From positions 4,049 to 68,048 of the forward strand of contig CANSRZ010000002.1 in assembly GCA_947649575.1 (NCBI GenBank): a stretch of DNA of 64,000 bases, written 5' to 3'. The stretch is from an uncultured Clostridia bacterium (GTDB lineage Bacteria; Bacillota; Clostridia; Christensenellales; UBA1242). How positions within the stretch are numbered: the first letter of the stretch is position 1; every line of letters begins with the position of its first letter. Positions 21,110-29,526 of the stretch are shown in pieces. The position numbers and the translations under genes were made by a program. Under the pieces are notes generated by a model. It was not told where the DNA came from and did not search any database. It saw only the letters and a list, made by a program, of their open reading frames with translations.

Positions 21110-21799
21110 TTATTGTGCCTGAACATCCTCTTTATTTTTCATTTCTGCTTCTTGGTCACGATTTCTGTAAAGATTATAAAGCCTAGCATTTAAGCAGCAA
21201 TAATCCTCCGCTTGCTGTGACATAAGCTCATAGTATGCCTGCGTGCCAGAAACACTTTCAAAAAGCGCTTTTGCTGAAACTTTGTTATCAACTTTTTCTA
21301 TATTTGCTATAACTGCATTTTCAAAACGTGAGTCTGGCAAATATTTTTTCTCTTGTTTATAGCTTTCAAAAATATCTCTTCTGACTTCATCGATTTCAGC
21401 CTTGACTTTCTTGTCTTTTGTTTTAATTCCAAACACTTTGATAAATTGATTTGTATAAACTTCTCCAAGGCTTTTATCAAAGCTTTCTTGAATTTGAGAA
21501 AGTTCCAAAAAAGCAAGCGGGATATCTCTTAATGCCTTTTTAGGGTCTTCGGCAATAATCTCTTGCATTGCCTCTATCATAATCTGAGTAAGTTCTTGAT
21601 TGTCTGTATAATTTTTACCAATCACATCAGCAAGCTTTAAGCTTTCATCTTTATCGACAACGATTTGACCTTTCAGTTTGTTATAATCAAAGTTAAAAAC
21701 AAAATTATCTCCCGTCAACGCTCCTTTCGCCTTGCAAGGAATTGATAATTTGATATCTTTCAAGATTGCTTCTTGTGAAATTTGTTTTGTTTTTGGCAT
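21110..21799 (-). CDS. Hypothetical soluble protein (229 aa)
   Basis: Long ORF with SD aaggag. No motif recognised. Confidence 0.6.
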   Translation of the reverse strand: MPKTKQISQEAILKDIKLSIPCKAKGALTGDNFVFNFDYNKLKGQIVVDKDESLKLADVIGKNYTDNQELTQIMIEAMQEIIAEDPKKALRDIPLAFLELSQIQESFDKSLGEVYTNQFIKVFGIKTKDKKVKAEIDEVRRDIFESYKQEKKYLPDSRFENAVIANIEKVDNKVSAKALFESVSGTQAYYELMSQQAEDYCCLNARLYNLYRNRDQEAEMKNKEDVQAQ

Positions 21800-21921
21800 A
21801 ATAATTCTCCTTATAAGTATAGTTTATCATTGATTGACAAAATTGTCAAGATTTAATTATTTAATATCAGAATTTTTGTTTGTAAATTTTCACTTATATG
21901 ATATGATATAAAGAGGCAAGA

Positions 21922-22554
21922 ATGGCGCTTTATATTTTATCTTTAGTGTTTGGTGCAATTGGCACAGCAATTGACTTGTTCAGCAAAATGATGAAAAGCA
22001 AAAAGTTTATCATTGTTTATATGACACTTGCAAGTCTATTTTTTGTCGTGTCTTATATTTGCCTGAGAAATCCTTTATCCGCGATAGCAAATGGAATAAA
22101 TCTAGGCCGTGGAATAATCTATCTCATGCTTATCAAAGAAAACAAATCTTACAAACATTATATTGCCCCTGTTTTTATATTATTGACCGCTTTTATAATT
22201 CCGTTCATCTTTTTGTGGACTGGTCCAATGGATTTGTTCCTGCTTTTTGCGACAGTTATTGCGACAATTGCTTTGGCTTTTAAAAGCACACTTATAATCA
22301 GAATTGGACTCATTTTAAACAGTTCACTATGGGCAATTTACAATCTTTATATCAAATCTTATATAAACTTGATTTGCAATCTTGGCAGCATTGCTATTTG
22401 CATTGGAGCAATCATTGTTTATAATGTTATACTGATAAGAAGAAAGAAAGCAAGAGAAGCCGAACTAACAGACGAGCCTCCACAAGCGAACGCTAAACCA
22501 GTCGAAAAAACTTTTATTGATAAACTTAATGATATGGAAGATGATGAAGAATAA
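21922..22554 (+). CDS. Polytopic membrane protein with an acidic C-terminal tail, possibly a second YgjV-like paralogue
   Basis: 210 aa with several hydrophobic helices. The C-terminal tail ends ...DKLNDMEDDEE. Confidence 0.45.
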   Translation: MALYILSLVFGAIGTAIDLFSKMMKSKKFIIVYMTLASLFFVVSYICLRNPLSAIANGINLGRGIIYLMLIKENKSYKHYIAPVFILLTAFIIPFIFLWTGPMDLFLLFATVIATIALAFKSTLIIRIGLILNSSLWAIYNLYIKSYINLICNLGSIAICIGAIIVYNVILIRRKKAREAELTDEPPQANAKPVEKTFIDKLNDMEDDEE

Positions 22555-22578
22555 AAACACGCTTTAATGCGTGTTTTT
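22554..22578. terminator. Bidirectional intrinsic terminator between convergent genes
   Basis: Hairpin aaacacgc-tttaat-gcgtgttt flanked by A and T runs. Confidence 0.6.
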
Positions 22579-22580
22579 AT

Positions 22581-23312
22581 TTATAATATTTTCTTCAAAA
22601 TTGCAAGGGTTTTCTTTAAAACTTTTTCATTGTTCGCCATAACATGAACATTCTTATAATCTTTCATCACACAGCCTGCTTCAAGCAAAATTAATTGACC
22701 TGGCATCCAATCCCAAAGTTTGCATCTATTAAAAATATAAATGCCATAAACGCCCTCTGCTAGATAAACATGATCTAAGCAAGCAGCCCCGCTTTTTCGC
22801 CATCCCATAACTTCATCAGTAAACGCTTTGTAGATTGCTATGTTTTCGTCAAGCTCGCAATCGCTTGTCAACAAACAATGCTTCATATCTTTTTCTTCTA
22901 CATAAAAACGTTTGCCATTCTTGAATGCTCCAAAGCCTTTGCCTGCAATATACTCGCCTATAAATGGCATGAAAATAGCGCTTGCCTTTATCTCATCATT
23001 TTCAATATAAGCAACTTGAACTCCCCATTGCTCACTTTTGTTTGCAAAATTGATTGTTCCGTCAACTGGGTCGATAATAAAATATGTCCCCTCAGCTTTC
23101 ACAGAATTATTAAACTCTTCGCTAACAATTTTAATGTTTGGAAATTTTTTGTTCAAGCCCGCAATCAAAGACTTTTCAATGGCAAAATCATAGTTTGTCA
23201 CAAGGTCATGGGCTTTTTTATCACTCACATCAATATTTTGCTTTTTTGCTTGTTTATAAGCGTTTTTCTCAAGTTTTAACAAAAATTTTGCAATTTCTAA
23301 ATAATTTTTCAT
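22581..23312 (-). CDS. Inositol monophosphatase family protein (SuhB/CysQ-like)
   Basis: 243 aa with IMPase motifs DPVDGTINF and WDWMPG. SD is aaggag. Confidence 0.7.
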   Translation of the reverse strand: MKNYLEIAKFLLKLEKNAYKQAKKQNIDVSDKKAHDLVTNYDFAIEKSLIAGLNKKFPNIKIVSEEFNNSVKAEGTYFIIDPVDGTINFANKSEQWGVQVAYIENDEIKASAIFMPFIGEYIAGKGFGAFKNGKRFYVEEKDMKHCLLTSDCELDENIAIYKAFTDEVMGWRKSGAACLDHVYLAEGVYGIYIFNRCKLWDWMPGQLILLEAGCVMKDYKNVHVMANNEKVLKKTLAILKKIL

Positions 23313-23327
23313 AATTTCTCCTTAGTT

Positions 23328-25289
23328 TTATCTTTTTCTTTCGAGTTGTTTTCTGAGTTTTAAAATCTTATCTCTGATTTCCATCGCTCTTTCAAACTCT
23401 AATGAGTTGGAAGCAATTTTCATCATGGCTGTCAATTTTTCTATCTCCTTAGGGATGTCCTCTTTTTTGAGCTTGCCGTCATCCACTTTCTTAGAAATTT
23501 CAAGCGAGTTGGATATCTCTTTAATAATAGTCTTTGGAATTATTCCATGCTGTTTATTATATTCTTCTTGCAGTTTGCGCCTGCGTTCGGTTTCATTCAT
23601 AGCCCGCCTCATGCTGTCAGTTATCACATCTGCATACATAATAACTCGTCCGTTAGCGTTTCTCGCAACACGTCCTATTGTTTGAATTAATGCACCCTCA
23701 CTTCTTAAAAAGCCCTCTTTGTCTGCGTCCAAAATTGCAACAAGTTCAACCTCTGGCATATCCAGCCCCTCGCGCAATAAGTTAATCCCCACAAGCACAT
23801 CAAATTCGCCAGACCTTAGCCCGTTGATTATTTCAACGCGTTCCATTGTGTCAATCTCACTGTGCATATATTTGGCTTTAATCTTGTGCTCAATCAAATA
23901 TGTCGTCAAGCTTTCAGCCATTTTTTTAGTCAAGGTTGTAACCAAAACGCGAGCGCCACGCTTTGTTGTCTCATTAATCTCAACCATTAAACTCTCAATC
24001 TGATTTTCTATCGGCTTAACTTCAATCAGCGGGTCTAAAAGTCCTGTTGGACGTATAACTTGCTCAACAATTTGTCCAGCTCGCTCAGTTTCATATTTGC
24101 CAGGCGTTGCCGAAACATAAACAACTTGTCCAAGTTTAGAGTTAAATTCATCAAAAGTAAGCGGCCTGTTATCTTTGGCAGCCTCTAAGCGGAAGCCATA
24201 GTCCACAAGTGAGGCTTTGCGCGCTTTGTCGCCATTATACATCGCTCTAATCTGTGGAAGAGTCATATGGCTTTCGTCAATAATTGTCAAAAAGTCATGT
24301 GGGAAATAGTCAATCAAAGTATATGGTGGCTCGCCAGGCTGTCTACCGTCAAAGTAGCGTGAATAGTTTTCAATTCCACTGCAATAGCCAATTTCTTTCA
24401 TCATTTCAAGGTCATAGCTCACGCGCTGAGCAATCCGTTCGCTTTCAATATATTTGCCTTGTTTTTCAAACTCTTTTGCAGAGGCAACTCTATCTTCTTC
24501 TATCTTAGCAAGTGCATTTTCTAGCCTTTGTTTGCCAACAGCATAGTGCGTTGCTGGAAAGATAGTCACAATTTTGACCTGATTAATCAAATTCCCAGAC
24601 ACTGGCTCAAACTCATAAATTTTTTCAATCTCATCGCCAAAGAATAGAATCCTGATTGCCATTTCACTTTGGCTTGACGGAAAAATATCCAAAGTGTCAC
24701 CTTTAACCCTAAAAGTTGAGCGCTTAAAGTCAACATCATTTCTCATATATTGAATAGCGATAAGCCTTGAAACAACCTCATCTCTGTCAATTATATCACC
24801 CTCTCTTAAACAAACTTGCAAGTTGTTGTATTCTTCAGGATTGCCTAAGCCATAAATGCAAGACACCGATGCCACAATTATAACGTCATCACGCTCCAAA
24901 ATAGAAGCAGTGGCAGAAGAGCGCAATTTATCAATTTCTTCATTGATTGCCATATCTTTTTCAATATAGGTGTCAGAAGAAACTATGTAAGCCTCTGGCT
25001 GATAATAATCATAATATGAAACAAAATATTCCACGCGATTGTTTGGAAAAAACTCACGGAACTCATTGCAAAGCTGAGCTGCCAGCGTTTTGTTATGAGC
25101 AATCACAAGCGTTGGCTTTTTGTTGTTCTTGATAATGTTTGCCATTGTGAAAGTTTTTCCGCTGCCTGTCACGCCCAAAAGCACTTGCTCTTTAAGGCCA
25201 TCATTCAATCCCTCAGTCAACTGTTCAATCGCCTTAGGCTGATCGCCCGCAGGTTGATATTTTGATACTAATTCAAATTCCTTTTTCAT
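23328..25289 (-). CDS. uvrB: Excinuclease ABC subunit B
   Basis: 653 aa. Walker A is GVTGSGKT. It has helicase motifs, the YVSATP motif and a C-terminal UVR domain ([11 protein letters not shown]). Confidence 0.95.
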   Translation of the reverse strand: MKKEFELVSKYQPAGDQPKAIEQLTEGLNDGLKEQVLLGVTGSGKTFTMANIIKNNKKPTLVIAHNKTLAAQLCNEFREFFPNNRVEYFVSYYDYYQPEAYIVSSDTYIEKDMAINEEIDKLRSSATASILERDDVIIVASVSCIYGLGNPEEYNNLQVCLREGDIIDRDEVVSRLIAIQYMRNDVDFKRSTFRVKGDTLDIFPSSQSEMAIRILFFGDEIEKIYEFEPVSGNLINQVKIVTIFPATHYAVGKQRLENALAKIEEDRVASAKEFEKQGKYIESERIAQRVSYDLEMMKEIGYCSGIENYSRYFDGRQPGEPPYTLIDYFPHDFLTIIDESHMTLPQIRAMYNGDKARKASLVDYGFRLEAAKDNRPLTFDEFNSKLGQVVYVSATPGKYETERAGQIVEQVIRPTGLLDPLIEVKPIENQIESLMVEINETTKRGARVLVTTLTKKMAESLTTYLIEHKIKAKYMHSEIDTMERVEIINGLRSGEFDVLVGINLLREGLDMPEVELVAILDADKEGFLRSEGALIQTIGRVARNANGRVIMYADVITDSMRRAMNETERRRKLQEEYNKQHGIIPKTIIKEISNSLEISKKVDDGKLKKEDIPKEIEKLTAMMKIASNSLEFERAMEIRDKILKLRKQLERKR

Positions 25290-25333
25290 ACGATTTATTA
25301 TAGCACACTTTTTTATTTAAATCCACTTTTTAT

Positions 25334-25582
25334 TTACATTCTTGTGCTACTAACAAATTTTAGAACAAATTTAATTAAGTTGTCCTCATGACAACATCTA
25401 TTTTCACTAACCAATACTTCCAATTTTTTAAACATTGCGTGTTGCTTTTCGTTAAAAGTGTCAATAAACTCAATCATTTTATCGCATATTTGTTGTTGCT
25501 TTTTGTATTCTTTTAAACTCAATTCTCTTTCTGCAAAAGCTTGTGAAATAATATCCACAATATCAATTTCATAATTTCCCAT
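25334..25582 (-). CDS. Small hypothetical protein (82 aa), divergent from the XRE gene
   Basis: I moved the start to the ATG at 25582 (MGNYEID), which has the SD agaggaaaaaaaatg. The longer track ORF has no SD. Confidence 0.5.
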   Translation of the reverse strand: MGNYEIDIVDIISQAFAERELSLKEYKKQQQICDKMIEFIDTFNEKQHAMFKKLEVLVSENRCCHEDNLIKFVLKFVSSTRM

Positions 25583-25679
25583 TTTTTTTCCTCTTATCCC
25601 TTGTAGAGATATGGCTATTATACCATTCCTATATAGAGATGTCAAGCATTTTGTCTCTATTTAGTGATATAATTTCTAT

Positions 25680-25886
25680 ATGGAAAGAATAATATCAAAA
25701 CGTTTAAAAGAGTTAAGGGCTGAAAAGAAACTTTCTTTTAAAGCATTAAGTAAAGAAGTTGGCATAAGTGCAGCCGCTTTATGTCGCTGGGAGAACAATC
25801 AAGCTGATGTCGCAAGCGATTATTTGTTGATTTTATGCAGGTATTATAATGTGACTGCAGACTATTTGATCGGGCTAGAAGATTAA
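25680..25886 (+). CDS. XRE-family helix-turn-helix transcriptional regulator
   Basis: 68 aa. LKELRAEKKLSFKALSKEVGISAAALCRWENNQ is a typical HTH_3 pattern. Confidence 0.8.
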   Translation: MERIISKRLKELRAEKKLSFKALSKEVGISAAALCRWENNQADVASDYLLILCRYYNVTADYLIGLED

Positions 25887-25896
25887 TTATTTTTAC

Positions 25897-26331
25897 TCAT
25901 TTGAAAATGGCTTTTAATATCAAGCCAAATATAAAAGAAACGGTTGCAAGAAACATACTTCGCAGAACAAGCAGACCTAATGTCTTTTTTTGACGTTTGG
26001 CATCTGTAATAAAAGTCTGTCCTTTCTTTTTTAATGAAACGCAATAATAATATCCATTTTTGCCATCGCTAACAACAAAATCTATATAGTTATCAAGGCT
26101 GAGGCTTGTCATAATTTCATCAATTTCCGCCACTGAAAGCACTGCTTTTTTGCTTGTTGCCTGCGCAATTTCGTGTGGAGAAACAAGATATGTCTTTTTG
26201 TTTGAGCATACCTTGCAAAGATAATTCATAACCAGCTTCTCATTTCGATTTGGCATAGAACTCCACTGTTTTATATAATTATCCCCAATTTTAAGCTTTT
26301 TTATGCTTTGTAATACATCAAAAAAGAGCAT
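25897..26331 (-). CDS. Hypothetical protein: winged-helix-like N-terminal part plus a C-terminal TM anchor (start uncertain)
   Basis: The C-terminal segment LGLLVLRSMFLATVSFIFGLILKAIF looks transmembrane. The annotated ATG (26331) lies inside the terminator hairpin of the upstream gene. An internal ATG at 26256 has ggag 4 nt upstream. Confidence 0.45.
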   Translation of the reverse strand: MLFFDVLQSIKKLKIGDNYIKQWSSMPNRNEKLVMNYLCKVCSNKKTYLVSPHEIAQATSKKAVLSVAEIDEIMTSLSLDNYIDFVVSDGKNGYYYCVSLKKKGQTFITDAKRQKKTLGLLVLRSMFLATVSFIFGLILKAIFK

Positions 26332-26347
26332 TTAAAATGCTCTTTTT

Positions 26348-26626
26348 TCAGCAATTTTGCCAAGTGATTGACATGTCTTCAACCTCAGGTTTATGAGTAT
26401 ATAAATCCATTCCCTCTTTGATACAATGATTTTCATTAACAAAATATTTATCTCTATAATTATAAGGGATGTTATTATCTTGCTCAATCACATGAGTTGA
26501 GCCATATTCGCCTTTAGAAAAGCTTAATTGCCAACCATCCACACCTAAGACTGCGCTATTCTTGCTTATAAATTTAACAAAAGCTTGCGCTTTGTTTTTT
26601 AGTATAAGATAATCTTTATCTTCCAT
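26348..26626 (-). CDS. Hypothetical protein (92 aa)
   Basis: I moved the start to the second ATG (MEDKDY), preceded by the SD ggaggaaataatg. Confidence 0.5.
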   Translation of the reverse strand: MEDKDYLILKNKAQAFVKFISKNSAVLGVDGWQLSFSKGEYGSTHVIEQDNNIPYNYRDKYFVNENHCIKEGMDLYTHKPEVEDMSITWQNC

Positions 26627-26676
26627 TATTTCCTCCATGCAATTATAGCATAGTTTGGCAAAGATTGCAAGTGCTT

Positions 26677-27033
26677 TTAAAAATTATCAGCAGTGTTAGT
26701 TGGGTTTAAAATTGTCAAGCCTTGGCAGTTGTTGCCCCAGTTTGAATAAGAATTTTCATAAAAAATAGGCTCTACGCCTCTTCCACAGCCACCACGTTGA
26801 AAGTTGCCATAATTGTTGTTTTGATTGTAATACTCATAAGAATTTATATTGCTTCTGTCATCCCAGTCATTTCTGCATTCTTGTTGCCTGCAACAATTTT
26901 GTGAGTGTTGGCAACTGCAATGACTTTGTCTGTTAAAACAACATTCTTGTTTACGTTCACGGCAACCGCAATTTGAGTGGCAATTGTTTGAACAATTGAT
27001 ATTTCTTCTGCAACAGCATAAGTTAAAAAACAT
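26677..27033 (-). CDS. Cysteine-rich small protein (118 aa) with an N/Y/G-rich C-terminal half
   Basis: The SD is aaaggagattttt followed by the ATG. I count 14 Cys in the first 53 residues (LCCCRRNINCSNNCHSNCGCRERKQECCFNRQSHCSCQHSQNCCRQQEC). Confidence 0.6.
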   Translation of the reverse strand: MFFNLCCCRRNINCSNNCHSNCGCRERKQECCFNRQSHCSCQHSQNCCRQQECRNDWDDRSNINSYEYYNQNNNYGNFQRGGCGRGVEPIFYENSYSNWGNNCQGLTILNPTNTADNF

Positions 27034-27124
27034 AAAAATCTCCTTTGTTTGCCCACTGTCCCCTCTGTTATCAGTTTATTATATTTTAACTTTATTCGTT
27101 ACAAATAAAAAAGACCTTAAAAGG

Positions 27125-27349
27125 TCAATTGCTTAAAGCCGTGTACATTTTGACAGCCTCGTCTTTTGAATAGCCAAGATCAGACAAAATATTAAACGCA
27201 GTCACTGTGTCAAGATAGTTAAAAGGGTTTGGCAAAGAAAGAATGTTTAAAATACTCATATAAACTTGTCGCTTTGTGTTTGACGAACATTTCATAACAA
27301 GGTCATCACATTGTTTTCTTAAATTGTCAAGAATTTTATCTTTTTTCAT
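27125..27349 (-). CDS. Hypothetical protein (74 aa)
   Basis: I moved the start to the ATG at 27349 (MKKDKIL), preceded by gggaggagaa. Confidence 0.5.
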   Translation of the reverse strand: MKKDKILDNLRKQCDDLVMKCSSNTKRQVYMSILNILSLPNPFNYLDTVTAFNILSDLGYSKDEAVKMYTALSN

Positions 27350-27453
27350 TTCTCCTCCCAAGCGCAAAAATCTTGATTTATATTAAATTATAGCATACAA
27401 ATTCATGTTTTTGCAACAAAAAACTTCATTTTGCATGTTTTTTTGATTAAGAG

Positions 27454-27483
27454 TTGCCAAAATGCTGTATGATTTGTTATAAT
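27454..27483 (+). promoter_or_regulatory. Sigma-A promoter of the antiporter gene
   Basis: TTGCCA, 18-nt spacer, TGtTATAAT. Confidence 0.5.
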
Positions 27484-27511
27484 ACAAACAAATTAATATA
27501 AAGAGGAATTT

Positions 27512-28573
27512 ATGGAAATCTTTTTAAACGTTTTATTTTTGATTATAGGAATGGTGCTTTTAATAAAGGGTGCTGACTTCTTTGTAAGTGGAGCAAGTTC
27601 TATTGCAAAGAAATGCAAAATCCCCGCAATGTTTATTGGCTTGACTGTTGTGGCACTTGGCACAAGCCTGCCAGAGCTGTCTGTCGGTCTGGCAAGCGCA
27701 ATCAAGCATAATGTTGATATGCCTGTCGGAAATATTGTTGGCTCAAACATGATGAACATGCTTTTGATTTTAGGCATTGTTGTGCTTATCAGACCAATCC
27801 CTGTACATAAATCCAGCAAAAAAATAGATTTCCCTTTCCTTATCGGAATTACTGTTTTATTGATGTTATTCTGTGCTGACACTTATCTTAATGGCGGAGA
27901 AGCAAATGTCATAACCAGAACTGAAAGTATAATTTTCTTGGCAGTTTTAATTATTTACATAACTTTGCTTGTTTTAAACGCCAAAAAGGAAAGGCAAACT
28001 CAAAGTTATGAAATGCCAGAGGCTTTGGAGCAAAAGGTCAAGGAAGAACAAGCTTTATCAGCTAAGGAAGTGGACAACAAAAAGAAAAAGCGCAAAAAGA
28101 AAGAGGATAAAGTTTTAAAAGTTTGGCAAATTGTTTTATGTATAATTTTTGGCTTAGGCGCTGTTGTGTTTGGCGCTGAATGTGTTTCTTCAACTGCTCA
28201 ACTTTTGGCTATCAAACTCGGCATGAGCGAATCGCTTGTTGGTTTGACTATTGTTGCCGTAGGCACAAGCCTGCCAGAACTTGCCACTGCAATTGTCGCA
28301 TCTGTTAAAGGTGAAAATCAAATGGCTCTTGGCAATATCATTGGCTCTAACGTTATCAATATTGCTCTTATCTTAGGCTCGGTTGGAGTCATTACACAAA
28401 TTTCTGTTTCTACAACAATCCTTGTCGATATGTTAATATTAACGGCTTGCACCATCTTTTTCTCGATTGTGTGCATGTGCAGAAAAAATATATCCAAATG
28501 GTGGGGCGCAATATTTATTTGCATGTATATTGCTTATATGGCTTTTGCAATTGTGCGAAATTATTGTTTCTAA
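27512..28573 (+). CDS. Ca2+/Na+ (CaCA family, YrbG-like) antiporter
   Basis: 353 aa with two alpha-repeats containing GTSLPEL (ALGTSLPELSVG and AVGTSLPELATA). The repeats are separated by a charged loop. Confidence 0.8.
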   Translation: MEIFLNVLFLIIGMVLLIKGADFFVSGASSIAKKCKIPAMFIGLTVVALGTSLPELSVGLASAIKHNVDMPVGNIVGSNMMNMLLILGIVVLIRPIPVHKSSKKIDFPFLIGITVLLMLFCADTYLNGGEANVITRTESIIFLAVLIIYITLLVLNAKKERQTQSYEMPEALEQKVKEEQALSAKEVDNKKKKRKKKEDKVLKVWQIVLCIIFGLGAVVFGAECVSSTAQLLAIKLGMSESLVGLTIVAVGTSLPELATAIVASVKGENQMALGNIIGSNVINIALILGSVGVITQISVSTTILVDMLILTACTIFFSIVCMCRKNISKWWGAIFICMYIAYMAFAIVRNYCF

Positions 28574-28575
28574 AC

Positions 28576-28606
28576 AAAAATTCTTGCTTTTAAGCAAGAA
28601 TTTTTT
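28576..28606. terminator. Bidirectional intrinsic terminator
   Basis: Hairpin aaaaattcttgctt-ttaa-gcaagaattttt. Confidence 0.6.
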
Positions 28607-29483
28607 ATTTTCTTCTATATTTGATTTTATAAACAATTAGGCAAACAAGCAAAGCGAAAATAATTGTCAGCATAAGCGATAAATACCACCAGCCCGCATA
28701 AATCGTTGTGTAAGTCAACAGGATTTTTGCGTCTTGCAACTGGTCTAAGTTTTTTATCCATAAGTTATGATAAAGCCCGTTTGATTGCAAAGTTAACTCT
28801 GCATTGCTTCTTAAAGAAGAAAATGGAGTGGCATAATCATAGACAAAACTTGGCGTATCAAGTTTTGCACAGACCTCATTTGGCAAAGTCAGATTGTATG
28901 CCGCTTTATAGATATTCATATATCTTTGACCGATAGTTATAACCTTGCCATTTGCCTGAGTGAATTCAGCGGAAAAGGGATTATTTCCCTCTGAAGATGT
29001 TTTTGTGAAAAATTTGATTGTGCTTTTATTTACAGGGTCAGTATTGTCTGATGAATTATCTCCATGATAATATTGCCAGGTTTGGCTATCTTTGAATAAT
29101 ATTGAAAAAAATACAACATCAAAACTTTCATCAAATTCCACATCGCTAACTTTGACTGCTTCGCCAATTTTAAATCTACTATCTGGCGAAGTTGAATATT
29201 TTACAAGAAAAGCTAGATAAAACTCATTGCGAAGCGTTCTCACACTGGCTATCATGTTGTTTTGCACTTCTTTTATCAAACTTTCATTAATTGCTAACTT
29301 TTCCATAAGTTCAGTTTGCATAGAAAATTCCATTGTTTGAGAAATGCTTCCGTCAAGATTTAGACTCATGCTTAAAGCAATGTTTGTTTTAGGCAAATTA
29401 ACCCTCTCCGAACAACCAGAGAGGGTTAAACAAAACATAAAAGTGATAAGCATCATAACAATTGCACAAAGTTTTTTCCTCAT
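28605..29483 (-). CDS. Lipoprotein with a C-terminal TM segment, immediately downstream of the giant lipoprotein gene
   Basis: The signal peptide has the lipobox LTLSGC. The C-terminal segment WWYLSLMLTIIFALLVCLIVY looks transmembrane. The gap from the upstream gene is 43 nt. Confidence 0.6.
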   Translation of the reverse strand: MRKKLCAIVMMLITFMFCLTLSGCSERVNLPKTNIALSMSLNLDGSISQTMEFSMQTELMEKLAINESLIKEVQNNMIASVRTLRNEFYLAFLVKYSTSPDSRFKIGEAVKVSDVEFDESFDVVFFSILFKDSQTWQYYHGDNSSDNTDPVNKSTIKFFTKTSSEGNNPFSAEFTQANGKVITIGQRYMNIYKAAYNLTLPNEVCAKLDTPSFVYDYATPFSSLRSNAELTLQSNGLYHNLWIKNLDQLQDAKILLTYTTIYAGWWYLSLMLTIIFALLVCLIVYKIKYRRK

Positions 29484-29526
29484 GCAAATATTTTATGAAT
29501 GCGCATAGCCAATAATGACAAAGTTT

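Noticed and set aside
27493-27882. The 129-aa minus-strand ORF overlapping the start of the antiporter gene.
   Set aside because: It is antisense to a well-supported CaCA antiporter gene that has a promoter and SD. It shows no motif.
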